DNA of 64,000 nucleotides. Source: Lachnospiraceae bacterium. GTDB taxonomy: Bacteria; Bacillota; Clostridia; Lachnospirales; Lachnospiraceae. How positions within the stretch are numbered: the first letter of the stretch is position 1; each line of letters begins with the position of its first letter. The stretch lies in assembly GCA_017439675.1 (NCBI GenBank), contig JAFSIQ010000007.1, positions 20,310 through 84,309 of the forward strand, read 5' to 3'. Both the position numbers and the translations under genes were made by a program. Under the pieces are notes generated by a model. That model saw nothing but the letters and a program-made list of their open reading frames with translations, was not told the origin of the DNA and searched no databases. Below are positions 36,669-45,787 of this stretch, one piece after another.

Positions 36669-38990
36669 TTGTATAACGGCAAAGATATCATGAAGAAAAG
36701 GAGAAAGAGCTTGGTAGCATTTATCATACTATTGGTGCTTGTTCTATTTGGTGTGGTAGGTGGATTGCTCATTGAGAATGTGTTTTATGAAAAGGTTGGG
36801 CATGGCACTATGACCAACGAAGAGGCGAATCGCCTCATTAGTTATCTGGGAATCAATGATTATGAATACAGCGACAGGGTGGCTTCGGCATTTACTGTTG
36901 GAGATGCAAAGGATTTGCTAGATAGTGCAGGGGTTTCCTATGACAAGGTAGATATTCAGCTTGATTATGTTCCAGGATTTGTTCCTCTTACGAAGAAGCA
37001 GTTTGAAACTTTGTATTCGGCGATGATTGTGGAACTGGAGTTAGACCGATTGAGTAGTGTTAGCTTGTACATATACAATATCGACAGTGCCAACGAGCAG
37101 GAAATTGACGGTATCATTTATGAGGTGGTGAATACCAGTGCTGGCGATTATTACATGGAAAAAGAATATGGCATGGATCATGCTTATATTGGGAAAGTTG
37201 TAAAGCTGTATGTTTCCAATAATGAGATTATTCTCTGTCAAGGAGAGACCGAAGAGGAGGTTGTACTTCGCAATGCGTATGTTTCGAAACGCACTACCAA
37301 TGACGAGGGCAGTGATGTCATGTTGGTTTATATAAGTGGAGCAGTATACGAGTTACCGGTGAATAAGGCGATGACTAGCGATGGTGAGCAGGAAGAATTT
37401 CTTTGTGATGTGACAATTACCAATGACGGAATTACGAAGCTTACTAGTCATACGAAGGAATTGGTTGAAACGAAGGTTACATCCTATTCTGACGGAATAC
37501 TAACAGCGGATGGATTTGAAGGCGAATTGTATCTCTCGGATGCATTTAATGTGTATAGAGTAAGTGGTGTCATGAAAGCAACTCAGTCGGCAGGCACGTT
37601 GATAGGATATGAAAAAGTATCGTTATATGTGAAGGATGATATCGTGGAAGCGGCGCTTGTAACGGAGGATATTTATGCAAAGAATATCCGGGTGCTCCTC
37701 AACAATTCAGACTATACTGATTATTATCACAGTGAGGTAACCGTGACTTCGGATACCGATTTTACAGTGTCCTTTGGGGAAACAGTGAATGAATATAAGG
37801 CAGGAGATTCGGTGCAGTTCCGCAACGGAAGTGAAGAATTGAAGAATGGAAAGGCAATCATTCAGTCAAAGGTACAGGATGGCAAGATGCAGCTTACATC
37901 CCTTTCTAGACAAGGTGGAAAGCCGGCGTACCGAGGCAAATTGGAGTTGTCCAGAGATGATAAAGGTGTTATGGTAATCAATGAATTGTCGGTGGAGGAG
38001 TATCTCTATGCAGTGGTGCCGAGTGAAATGCCAGTTACTTATGAGATGGAAGCGTTGAAGGCACAGGCAATTTGTGCCAGAGCTTACGCTTACCGCCAGA
38101 TGGAGGATGGGAAACTGTCCAGTTATGGAGCACATTTGGATGACAGTGTTTCCAGCCAGGTGTATAACAATGTAGGGGAAGATGAGAGAGGCAATTATGC
38201 AGTGGATGACACTTACGGTGTGGTTCCATGCTATGACAATGAAGTAATAGAAGCATTTTTCTTCTCTACCTCTTGTGGAACTACCAGTAGCAACAGCTCT
38301 GTGTGGGGTGGTTACCAGAAACCGTATTTGTTAGATGCTATGCAGACAGAGTTGAATGACTTGGCAAATATGCAGTCGGAAGAGAATTTCCGTATGTTTA
38401 TTGATGGAGAGTTAGGAACCGGTTTCTTAGAGGAAGAGGAACCATTTTTCCGTTGGACAGTAGAGTTTACAGCAGAACAGTTGACAGAAGCGGTGAATGC
38501 GAACCTTTACAATCGGATACAGGCAATGCCAGAATATGTGAAGGTGTTAGATGCCAAGGGTGATTATGTGAAAAAGGATATTGCAACTATTGGTGATGTT
38601 GTGAACATTGAAGTGACAAAGCGTGGTGATAGTGGAATCATTGAGGAAATGATTATCACTGGTTCAGAGGAAACCATCTGGGTAAAAGGACAGACCAATG
38701 CAAGGGCATTACTTAGTCCTGCGAATACGGTGATTCGCAAGCAGGATGGTTCCACTGTAAGTGGATGGCAAAGTCTTCCAAGTGCGTATTACTATGTGGA
38801 TTGTATTGCAGGTGATGGCGAGGTGTTCGGAAGCTTTGTGATATATGGTGGAGGCTTTGGACATGGTGTAGGCATGAGTCAAAATGGTGCCAACAATATG
38901 GCGAAGTTGGGTTACACGGCAAAAGATATTATTGGTCACTATTACACCGCAGTAGAATTAAAGGATATGTATGAGTTGATGGGAAAATAG
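36669..38990 (+). CDS. SpoIID/LytB-domain protein with long N-terminal extension
   Basis: TTG 36669 (AGGAG upstream) or ATG 36690. One N-terminal TM. C-terminal SpoIID-like blocks (ALKAQAICARAYAY, FFFSTSCGTTSS, GFGHGVGMSQNGANNMA). Confidence 0.8.
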   Translation: MYNGKDIMKKRRKSLVAFIILLVLVLFGVVGGLLIENVFYEKVGHGTMTNEEANRLISYLGINDYEYSDRVASAFTVGDAKDLLDSAGVSYDKVDIQLDYVPGFVPLTKKQFETLYSAMIVELELDRLSSVSLYIYNIDSANEQEIDGIIYEVVNTSAGDYYMEKEYGMDHAYIGKVVKLYVSNNEIILCQGETEEEVVLRNAYVSKRTTNDEGSDVMLVYISGAVYELPVNKAMTSDGEQEEFLCDVTITNDGITKLTSHTKELVETKVTSYSDGILTADGFEGELYLSDAFNVYRVSGVMKATQSAGTLIGYEKVSLYVKDDIVEAALVTEDIYAKNIRVLLNNSDYTDYYHSEVTVTSDTDFTVSFGETVNEYKAGDSVQFRNGSEELKNGKAIIQSKVQDGKMQLTSLSRQGGKPAYRGKLELSRDDKGVMVINELSVEEYLYAVVPSEMPVTYEMEALKAQAICARAYAYRQMEDGKLSSYGAHLDDSVSSQVYNNVGEDERGNYAVDDTYGVVPCYDNEVIEAFFFSTSCGTTSSNSSVWGGYQKPYLLDAMQTELNDLANMQSEENFRMFIDGELGTGFLEEEEPFFRWTVEFTAEQLTEAVNANLYNRIQAMPEYVKVLDAKGDYVKKDIATIGDVVNIEVTKRGDSGIIEEMIITGSEETIWVKGQTNARALLSPANTVIRKQDGSTVSGWQSLPSAYYYVDCIAGDGEVFGSFVIYGGGFGHGVGMSQNGANNMAKLGYTAKDIIGHYYTAVELKDMYELMGK

Positions 38991-39069
38991 GGAGAATATA
39001 TGTATCTGCTTATGATGGTTGTTTTATCGACATAAGCTTGCCTATGGAATAGAATGAGAATTGGTTGGT

Positions 39070-39996
39070 ATGGAGAATATGAAAAAGCCTGAGAAAATGG
39101 ATACCATGGACAAATTCAAACTGTTGATACATTACGGACAGCGATTTGCAGAAAAGGTGGGAGATAGGTATACGGCTGCATGTGCAGCAAGAGCAGCATT
39201 TTTTATCATGCTTTCTGTTGTTCCTATCATTACCTTGATTCTGGCAGCTGCCACTTACTTGCCCTTTACGCAACAGGATGTAATGGATTTGCTGATGAGC
39301 TTTATTCCTGGTGAGTTCGGGGTATATGTAGAGGATATTATCAGCGATGTGTATCGTGGTGCAGGTAGTACTGTTATCTCTGTTTCCATTATCGCAACTA
39401 TATGGTCATCTTCCAAGGGTGTTGTGGCATTGATTGACGGTTTTAACAGCATGTATCGTGTTCAACAGGAGAGCGGAATTATTAAGTCGAGAGCGAGAGC
39501 GGTGTTTTATACGGTGGCATTTATTGTAATATTGACTGTTATTCTGTCAGTTTACGTTACGGTAAGTCATTATTATGGACGATATCTGCGTGGAGTGTTT
39601 GAGTTAGGCTCTGTTGTGGAACGATTGTTATGGTTTGTGAGATATGTGTTTGGGTGGTTGTTATTCTATGCTTTTATATTGATGCTTTATGTGGTGTTGC
39701 CGGAAGGCTTTGGATTGCCTGCGGATAGGGAAGAACATATGAATTTCGGTAAACGTGTGAAGTCTCAGGCACCGGGAGCTGCTTTCTGTTCTGTGGCGTG
39801 GTTGGTAATCTCAAGATTGGTAGTGCTGTATATGCAGCATTTTTCTAACTTCTCTGTGATGTATGGTTCTCTTGCAGGCATTGTGATTTTGATGCTGTGG
39901 CTATATTTTTGTATGTATTCCCTGTTTATTGGGGCAGTAATTAACTATTTATTGTCAAAAGGATACTTGACACGGGTTAAAAAAATGTTACAATAG
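39070..39996 (+). CDS. YihY/BrkB (ribonuclease BN-like) family membrane protein
   Basis: Track ORF 39061..39996; exact start uncertain. Blocks AARAAFFIMLSVVPIITLI and IWSSSKGVVALIDGFNSMY. Six TM helices. Confidence 0.75.
   Translation: MENMKKPEKMDTMDKFKLLIHYGQRFAEKVGDRYTAACAARAAFFIMLSVVPIITLILAAATYLPFTQQDVMDLLMSFIPGEFGVYVEDIISDVYRGAGSTVISVSIIATIWSSSKGVVALIDGFNSMYRVQQESGIIKSRARAVFYTVAFIVILTVILSVYVTVSHYYGRYLRGVFELGSVVERLLWFVRYVFGWLLFYAFILMLYVVLPEGFGLPADREEHMNFGKRVKSQAPGAAFCSVAWLVISRLVVLYMQHFSNFSVMYGSLAGIVILMLWLYFCMYSLFIGAVINYLLSKGYLTRVKKMLQ
39967..39994 (+). promoter_or_regulatory. sigma-A-type promoter for the pheST leader (TTGACA-16-TACAAT, TGn)
   Basis: TTGACA 39967-39972, TGt then TACAAT 39989-39994. 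It lies inside the last codons of the upstream gene. Confidence 0.55.
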
Positions 39997-40000
39997 ATTT

Positions 40001-40390
40001 TGTGTAATCGAAATGTGATTTTATATGATGGTTATTGCATTTTGCAGTTTTGATTACACCTAATAGAAGAGGAATAAGGCGATGATGGTGCAAAAGAACG
40101 ATACGTTCTGTCAGAGAGAGGGAGTCACTGGCTGAAAGCTTCCTTCAGTTCACATAGCGTTCGAATTTCACACCGGAGTTTCGAGATTGAAGTTTTGAGG
40201 ATGTGTTTCTACATGTTTTGTGTTGAATACATACTTAAGTGGTAGATTTTGACGGGTCATGAACGTTAACACATGATGAGAGCTAGGATGATGTAAGGAA
40301 TAGTGATAGGATTATCAATTGACATCATATTAGAATTAGGGTGGTATCGCGAGCAAGTCGTCCCTTTTGTCGGGGCGACTTTTTTGTGTT
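40001..40390 (+). promoter_or_regulatory. T-box leader (Phe specifier) with terminator
   Basis: Stem I elements (CAGAGAGAGGGAG, CTGGCTGAAAGC). UUC codons at 40160-40162 and 40167-40169, the latter followed by A. T-box AATTAGGGTGGTATCGCG at about 40335-40352. Terminator AAGTCGTCCC/GGGGCGACTT plus T-run at about 40355-40386. Confidence 0.85.
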
Positions 40391-40485
40391 ATAAAACTTG
40401 TCAAGCGCATGCATTTGACAAGTCAAGCGATTGTACGACGAGCAAGCTATTTATAATCAAGAAAACAAAATAAAGGAGATAAATT

Positions 40486-41505
40486 ATGAAAGAAAAGTTA
40501 GAAGCGATTAAAGCGGAAGCACTTGCGAAAATTGAAAGTGCCAATGACCTTGACGCCTTAAATGATATCAAGGTAGCAGTGCTTGGTAAGAAGGGCGAGT
40601 TAACAGCAGTGTTAAAGTCCATGAAGGATGTTCCTGCTGAGGAGAGACCGATGGTAGGTCAGATGGTAAATGATGCCAGAACCGCTATCGAGGAGAAGTT
40701 AGAGGAGAAGAAGACAAGTATTGCAAGACTTCTTCGTACAGAGAAGATGAAGAGAGAGACCATTGATGTGACACTTCCTGGTAAGAAGAATCTTCGTGGT
40801 CACAGACATCCAAACCAGATTGCGTTAGAGGATTTGGAACGTGTATTTATTGGTATGGGCTATGAGGTTGTAGAAGGACCAGAGGTAGAGTATGACCGTT
40901 ACAACTTTGAGTTGCTTAACATTCCAGCAAATCATCCAGCAAAGGACGAGCAGGATACATTCTATATCAACAAGGAGATTTTGCTTCGTACACAGACTTC
41001 ACCGGTACAGGCAAGAATTATGGAAAAGGGTAATCTTCCAATCCGTATTCTTTCTGCTGGTAGAGTATTCCGTTCGGACGAAGTAGATGCGACACATTCA
41101 CCATCCTTCCATCAGGTAGAGGGATTGGTTGTAGATAAGAACATTACATTTGCAGACCTTAAGGGAACTTTAGAGCAGTTTGCCAAGGAGTTCTTTGGTG
41201 AGAAGACAAAGGTTAAGTTCCGTCCGCATCACTTCCCATTCACAGAGCCATCGGCAGAAGTGGACATCACATGCTTTAAGTGTGGCGGAAAAGGATGTCG
41301 TATGTGTAAGGGAAGTGGATGGATTGAGATTCTTGGTTGTGGCATGGTACATCCAAATGTATTGGAGATGTGCGGTATTGATTCTAAGGAATATCAGGGC
41401 TTCGCATTTGGTATCGGTTTGGAACGTGTCACCTTACTTAAGTATGAGATTGATGACATGAGACTTCTCTATGAGAATGATGTAAGATTTTTGAATCAGT
41501 TTTAG
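40486..41505 (+). CDS. pheS: phenylalanine--tRNA ligase alpha subunit
   Basis: 339 aa. Class II motifs (FRPHHFPFTEPSAEVD, GFAFGIGLERV). AAGGAG RBS. Confidence 0.95.
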   Translation: MKEKLEAIKAEALAKIESANDLDALNDIKVAVLGKKGELTAVLKSMKDVPAEERPMVGQMVNDARTAIEEKLEEKKTSIARLLRTEKMKRETIDVTLPGKKNLRGHRHPNQIALEDLERVFIGMGYEVVEGPEVEYDRYNFELLNIPANHPAKDEQDTFYINKEILLRTQTSPVQARIMEKGNLPIRILSAGRVFRSDEVDATHSPSFHQVEGLVVDKNITFADLKGTLEQFAKEFFGEKTKVKFRPHHFPFTEPSAEVDITCFKCGGKGCRMCKGSGWIEILGCGMVHPNVLEMCGIDSKEYQGFAFGIGLERVTLLKYEIDDMRLLYENDVRFLNQF

Positions 41506-41595
41506 CGAAGTAGAGCAACGAACAGAATGGTTGATAACAACCTCGTAAGCTTGCTTACAAGAGGTTCAGAGTTTAGCGTTGCGAAGGAGGTTACT

Positions 41596-41781
41596 ATGGT
41601 AGGTATTATATTCTTAGTTATAACTATTGGAGTTTTGGCATTCCTTTCTCTTTCAGTTTTCTTTATTATTTTTGGTATCATGAAGAAAATGAAAGGATTT
41701 GTGATTGCTGGTGCAGCATTACTTATATTGTTTATAGCATGTTTTGTTATGATGTTTATGATGAATTTCGCCATTAGGTAA
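41596..41781 (+). CDS. 61-aa two-helix membrane peptide between pheS and pheT
   Basis: Track ORF 41527..41781. AAGGAGG lies 6 nt before ATG 41596. MVGIIFLVITIGVLAFLSLSVFFIIFGIMKKMKGFVIAGAALLILFIACFVMMFMMNFAIR. Confidence 0.5.
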   Translation: MVGIIFLVITIGVLAFLSLSVFFIIFGIMKKMKGFVIAGAALLILFIACFVMMFMMNFAIR

Positions 41782-41800
41782 AAAGAAAGGAAAGAAAGAT

Positions 41801-44224
41801 ATGAATACACCAATTTCATGGATTAAAGCGTATGTCCCAGATTTGGATGTGGATATACAGGAATTTGTAGATAAAATGACTTTGTCTGGTTCTCATGTAG
41901 AAAACTATGAGAAGAAGGATAAGAACTTAGAGAAAATTGTAGTCGGTAAGATTGAGACTATGGAGCAGCATCCAGATGCAGACAAGCTTGTGGTTTGTCA
42001 GGTAAATGTAGGTTCTGAGAACTTACAGATTGTAACTGGTGCTAAGAACGTTAAGGTTGGAGATATGATTCCACTTGTATTAGACGGTGGTAAGGTAGCT
42101 GCAGCTCATGGTGATGATACAGAGTATCCAGAGGGAATCAAGATTAAGAAGGGTAAGCTTCGCGGTATCGAGAGTAATGGTATGATGTGTGGTATCGAGG
42201 AGTTAGGCTCATCAAGAGATTTTTATCCGGAAGCACCAGAAGATGGCGTATATGTATTTCCTGCAGATGCCAATGTGAAGCCAGGTGATGATGCAGTTAA
42301 AGCGTTAGGTTTGGATGATACAGTGGTAGAGTACGAGATTACATCAAACCGTGTAGATTGCTTCTCTATGATTGGCATGGCAAGAGAAGTGGCAGCAACA
42401 TTTAATAAGCCATTCTACCCACCAGTTGTTGAGGTAAAGGCAAATGATAAGGATGTAAATGATTTCATCAAGGTTACAGTAGAGGATACAGACCTTTGTA
42501 CCCGTTACTGTGCAAGAGTAGTTGAGAATATTAAGATTGGTCCTTCACCAAAATGGATGCAAGACCGATTGAAAGCAATGGGAATCCGTTCCATCAATAA
42601 TCTTGTAGATATTACCAACTATATTATGGAAGAGTATGGTCAGCCAATGCATGCCTTTGATTTGGATACCATTGCAAATCGTGAGATTATTGTAAAGCGT
42701 GCAAAGGATGGAGAGACATTTACTACATTAGACGGCCAGGAGAGAAAGCTTGACTCTGGTGTACTTATGATTTGTGACGGCGAGAAGGAAGTTGCCATTG
42801 CTGGTATCATGGGTGGCGAGAATTCCATGATTACAGATAATGTAAAGACAGTATTGTTCGAGGCGGCTTGTTTCGACGGAACGAACACACGTCTTGCGTC
42901 AAAGAGAATTGGTTTGCAGACAGATTCGTCATTTAAGTTTACAAAGGGATTAGACCCTAACAATGCCATTGAGGCAATTAACAGAGCTTGTCAGCTCGTA
43001 GAGGAAATGGGATGTGGTGATGTTGTCGGTGGTGTTGTGGATGTATATCCAAATCCAGTTGCACCGAAGGTGTTACCGTTTGAGCCAGAGCGTTACAACG
43101 CATTGCTTGGAACCGATATCTCTAAGGAGGCTATGTTAGACTACTTCAAGAGATTGGATTTAGTATATAACGAGGCAGACAATACATTAACTATTCCAAC
43201 CTTCCGTCAGGATTTGGGCTGTATGGCTGACCTTGCAGAGGAAGTTGCAAGATTCTATGGTTATGACAATATCCCAGTTTCTTTGCCAAAGGGTGAAGCA
43301 ACTGTAGGTAAGAAGCCATTTAACCAGAGAGTGGAGGACATTGCAAGAGAGATTTGTGAGCGCAATGGTTTCTCAGGTGGTATGTCCTATTCCTTTGAAA
43401 GCCCTAAGGTATTTGATAAATTATTGTTGCCGGAGGATGCAAAGGAGCGCGAGGCAATCGTAATTTCCAACCCACTTGGAGAGGACTTCTCTATTATGAG
43501 AACGGTTTCCTTGAATGGTGTATTGACCTCTCTTGCAACCAACTATAACAGAAGAAACAAGGTTGCCAGACTTTACGAGTTCGGTAACATTTATTTGCCA
43601 AAAGCTTTGCCTCTTACAGAGTTACCAGAAGAGAAAATGAGACTTACCATGGGTATGTATGGCGATGGCGATTTCTTCACCATGAAGGGTGTTGTAGAAG
43701 AATTATTTGACAAGCTTGGTGTTGTTGGTATCGAGTGTGAGCCAACTGGCGAAATTCCATATTTGCATCCTGGTCGTCAGGCATACCTTAAGAAGGGAAA
43801 GCTAGACATCGGTGTGATTGGACAGATTCATCCAGAGGTTGGTGATAACTATAATTTGAAGGCTGAGGCTTATGTGGCAGTGCTTAACATGGAAGTGCTT
43901 ACCATGTTAGCATCCTTCGACCGCAAGTACGAAGGAATTGCCAAGTTCCCAGCAAGTACCCGTGACCTTAGTATGGTGATGGATAAGAGTATGTTCGTAG
44001 GTCAGATTGCTCATGTAATTCAGAAGAATGCAGGTAAGATTTTAGAAAGCTGTGAATTATTTGACGTATACGAAGGTGAGCAAGTAGGCGAAGGTAAGAA
44101 GTCGGTTGCATTCTCATTAATCTTCCGTGCAAAGGATAGAAACTTGGAGTCTGCTGAGGTAGACAAAGCAGTGGAGAAGGTTCTTGCAGCTTTGAAGGAA
44201 ATGGGAATCGAGCTTAGAGCTTAA
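41801..44224 (+). CDS. pheT: phenylalanine--tRNA ligase beta subunit
   Basis: 807 aa. N-terminal tRNA-binding (EMAP-like) domain, B3/4 and B5 regions, C-terminal FDX-ACB-like end. Confidence 0.95.
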   Translation: MNTPISWIKAYVPDLDVDIQEFVDKMTLSGSHVENYEKKDKNLEKIVVGKIETMEQHPDADKLVVCQVNVGSENLQIVTGAKNVKVGDMIPLVLDGGKVAAAHGDDTEYPEGIKIKKGKLRGIESNGMMCGIEELGSSRDFYPEAPEDGVYVFPADANVKPGDDAVKALGLDDTVVEYEITSNRVDCFSMIGMAREVAATFNKPFYPPVVEVKANDKDVNDFIKVTVEDTDLCTRYCARVVENIKIGPSPKWMQDRLKAMGIRSINNLVDITNYIMEEYGQPMHAFDLDTIANREIIVKRAKDGETFTTLDGQERKLDSGVLMICDGEKEVAIAGIMGGENSMITDNVKTVLFEAACFDGTNTRLASKRIGLQTDSSFKFTKGLDPNNAIEAINRACQLVEEMGCGDVVGGVVDVYPNPVAPKVLPFEPERYNALLGTDISKEAMLDYFKRLDLVYNEADNTLTIPTFRQDLGCMADLAEEVARFYGYDNIPVSLPKGEATVGKKPFNQRVEDIAREICERNGFSGGMSYSFESPKVFDKLLLPEDAKEREAIVISNPLGEDFSIMRTVSLNGVLTSLATNYNRRNKVARLYEFGNIYLPKALPLTELPEEKMRLTMGMYGDGDFFTMKGVVEELFDKLGVVGIECEPTGEIPYLHPGRQAYLKKGKLDIGVIGQIHPEVGDNYNLKAEAYVAVLNMEVLTMLASFDRKYEGIAKFPASTRDLSMVMDKSMFVGQIAHVIQKNAGKILESCELFDVYEGEQVGEGKKSVAFSLIFRAKDRNLESAEVDKAVEKVLAALKEMGIELRA

Positions 44225-44262
44225 ATACTATTTGTATAAAGATTATAGAGAACAAGAAATGG

Positions 44263-44300
44263 AGAACACTTTCTGTCATGGATGGAAGGTGTTCTTTTTT
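44263..44300 (+). terminator. rho-independent terminator after pheT
   Basis: AGAACAC.. (44263-44272) pairs with ..GGTGTTCT (44288-44295), then TTTTTT. Confidence 0.7.
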
Positions 44301-44433
44301 AATTTTCCCACCCTATATCCCACCCCGAATTACAAAAAATATGGGGATTGGAAGAAAAAGTGTAGAGAAAATGTTTGGATTTTATGTATAATAGGTGTAT
44401 ACTTTTGTGAGAAGAAGTATGGGAGGAAGGAAT

Positions 44434-45564
44434 ATGAATTTACAAAGGAACATTATGAGAAGAAAAACAATTGCTATTATAATGCTCATAATTACTAATC
44501 TTTTCCTGTTTGGATGTGATGGCTTGGATTCAAAATCAACCAGCTTGTCTATTATATATGGAGTCATGGCAGTGAGCGCGTTGCTGTTGTTAGTGGCATA
44601 TGGTTCGCTGGTGCACAAGAAAGAATTATGGTTTTTGCTTTTGTTTTCTAGTGTGTTTATTGTTAATACTGGATATTTTGCGCTTTCCATTTCTAAGAAT
44701 TTGGAAGAAGCATTGTTGGCAAATCGAATCGCATATCTAGGCTCCGTTTTTTTGCCTATGTCTATGTTTATGATTATTATGAATGTTTGTGGACTACGGT
44801 ACAAAAGATTACTTCCAGGTTGCTTACTTGTAATAAGTGTAATTGTTTTTTTGGTGGCTGCAAGCCCGGGGTATCTAGATATCTACTATAAAGAGGTTTC
44901 GTTTCGCCTTGTAGATGGCGTGGGAATGCTTGACAAGACATATGGTGAATGGCATTGTTTGTACCTATTCTATCTGGTTACCTATTTTGGCATAATGGTG
45001 ATTACAATCCTACATGCTTCTGTTAAAAGGAGAATGAAATCAAAAATATATGCAGTAATGCTAGCTGGAGCAGTGTTGGTTAACATTGGAGTGTGGATGT
45101 TGGAACAGTTAGTAGATATTGAATTTGAGTTTTTGGCGGTTTCATATATTATCAGTGAATTTTTTATGTTGAGTTTATGTTTGATTAGGCAAGAGCAAGC
45201 TGTTCGGTCTGAGAAAATGTTGGAAGATATACAAGTGACAGATGAGAAACAGCGTCAAAAGCAGTCAGGAGAACAGCAAAGTAAATTAACATTAAGTGGT
45301 GCTGAGGAGTCAGAAGATTTAACAGTAAAATCCGAAATGATAGAGAATAGTGAGCAGATACAGCTATTCTTAGAAGGAGTTGACAATCTGACCCCAGCAG
45401 AAACGAAAATCTATCACTGCTATATTGCTGGTAAATCTACCAAAGAAATATTGAGGGAATTAAGTATCACAGAGAATACCCTTAAGTACCACAACAAGAA
45501 TATATACGGAAAGCTGGGAGTATCTTCTAGAAAACAACTAAAAGAGATTGCAAAGCAATTGTAA
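44434..45564 (+). CDS. membrane-embedded one-component regulator (multi-TM N-terminus plus LuxR-type HTH)
   Basis: GGGAGGAAGG precedes ATG 44434. About 7 TM helices, a Gln/Glu-rich linker, and C-terminal TPAETKIYHCYIAGKSTKEILRELSITENTLKYHNKNIYGKLGV (LuxR/GerE HTH). Confidence 0.75.
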   Translation: MNLQRNIMRRKTIAIIMLIITNLFLFGCDGLDSKSTSLSIIYGVMAVSALLLLVAYGSLVHKKELWFLLLFSSVFIVNTGYFALSISKNLEEALLANRIAYLGSVFLPMSMFMIIMNVCGLRYKRLLPGCLLVISVIVFLVAASPGYLDIYYKEVSFRLVDGVGMLDKTYGEWHCLYLFYLVTYFGIMVITILHASVKRRMKSKIYAVMLAGAVLVNIGVWMLEQLVDIEFEFLAVSYIISEFFMLSLCLIRQEQAVRSEKMLEDIQVTDEKQRQKQSGEQQSKLTLSGAEESEDLTVKSEMIENSEQIQLFLEGVDNLTPAETKIYHCYIAGKSTKEILRELSITENTLKYHNKNIYGKLGVSSRKQLKEIAKQL

Positions 45565-45614
45565 TGTTGTTAATATATGCTACACATCATGTGATGGTTT
45601 GATAAAACAACACC

Positions 45615-45657
45615 AATCCCCACACTTTTATTTCATAGAAGTGTGGGGATTTTTTTA
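45615..45657 (+). terminator. rho-independent terminator
   Basis: AATCCCCACAC (45615-45625) pairs with GTGTGGGGATT (45641-45651), then a T-run. Confidence 0.8.
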
Positions 45658-45787
45658 TGTATATTTGTATAATTATTTTATGGGTGTTTTGTGATAAATT
45701 TGTAGAAATTGTATGAGCTATCGAGAAATACATATACGTGTTTATCACAGAACAGATTCAAAGATTATAGAAATGGGAGGATACCAT

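Noticed and set aside
41502-41819. 105-aa minus-strand ORF spanning the pheS-pheT gap
   Set aside because: It overlaps the pheS stop and the pheT start and has no RBS. The + strand 61-codon ORF has a strong AAGGAGG and fits the operon orientation.
44232-44498. 88-aa + strand ORF right after pheT
   Set aside because: It reads straight through the pheT terminator hairpin and the promoter region of the next gene, and it has no RBS. The downstream regulator has a much better start at 44434.
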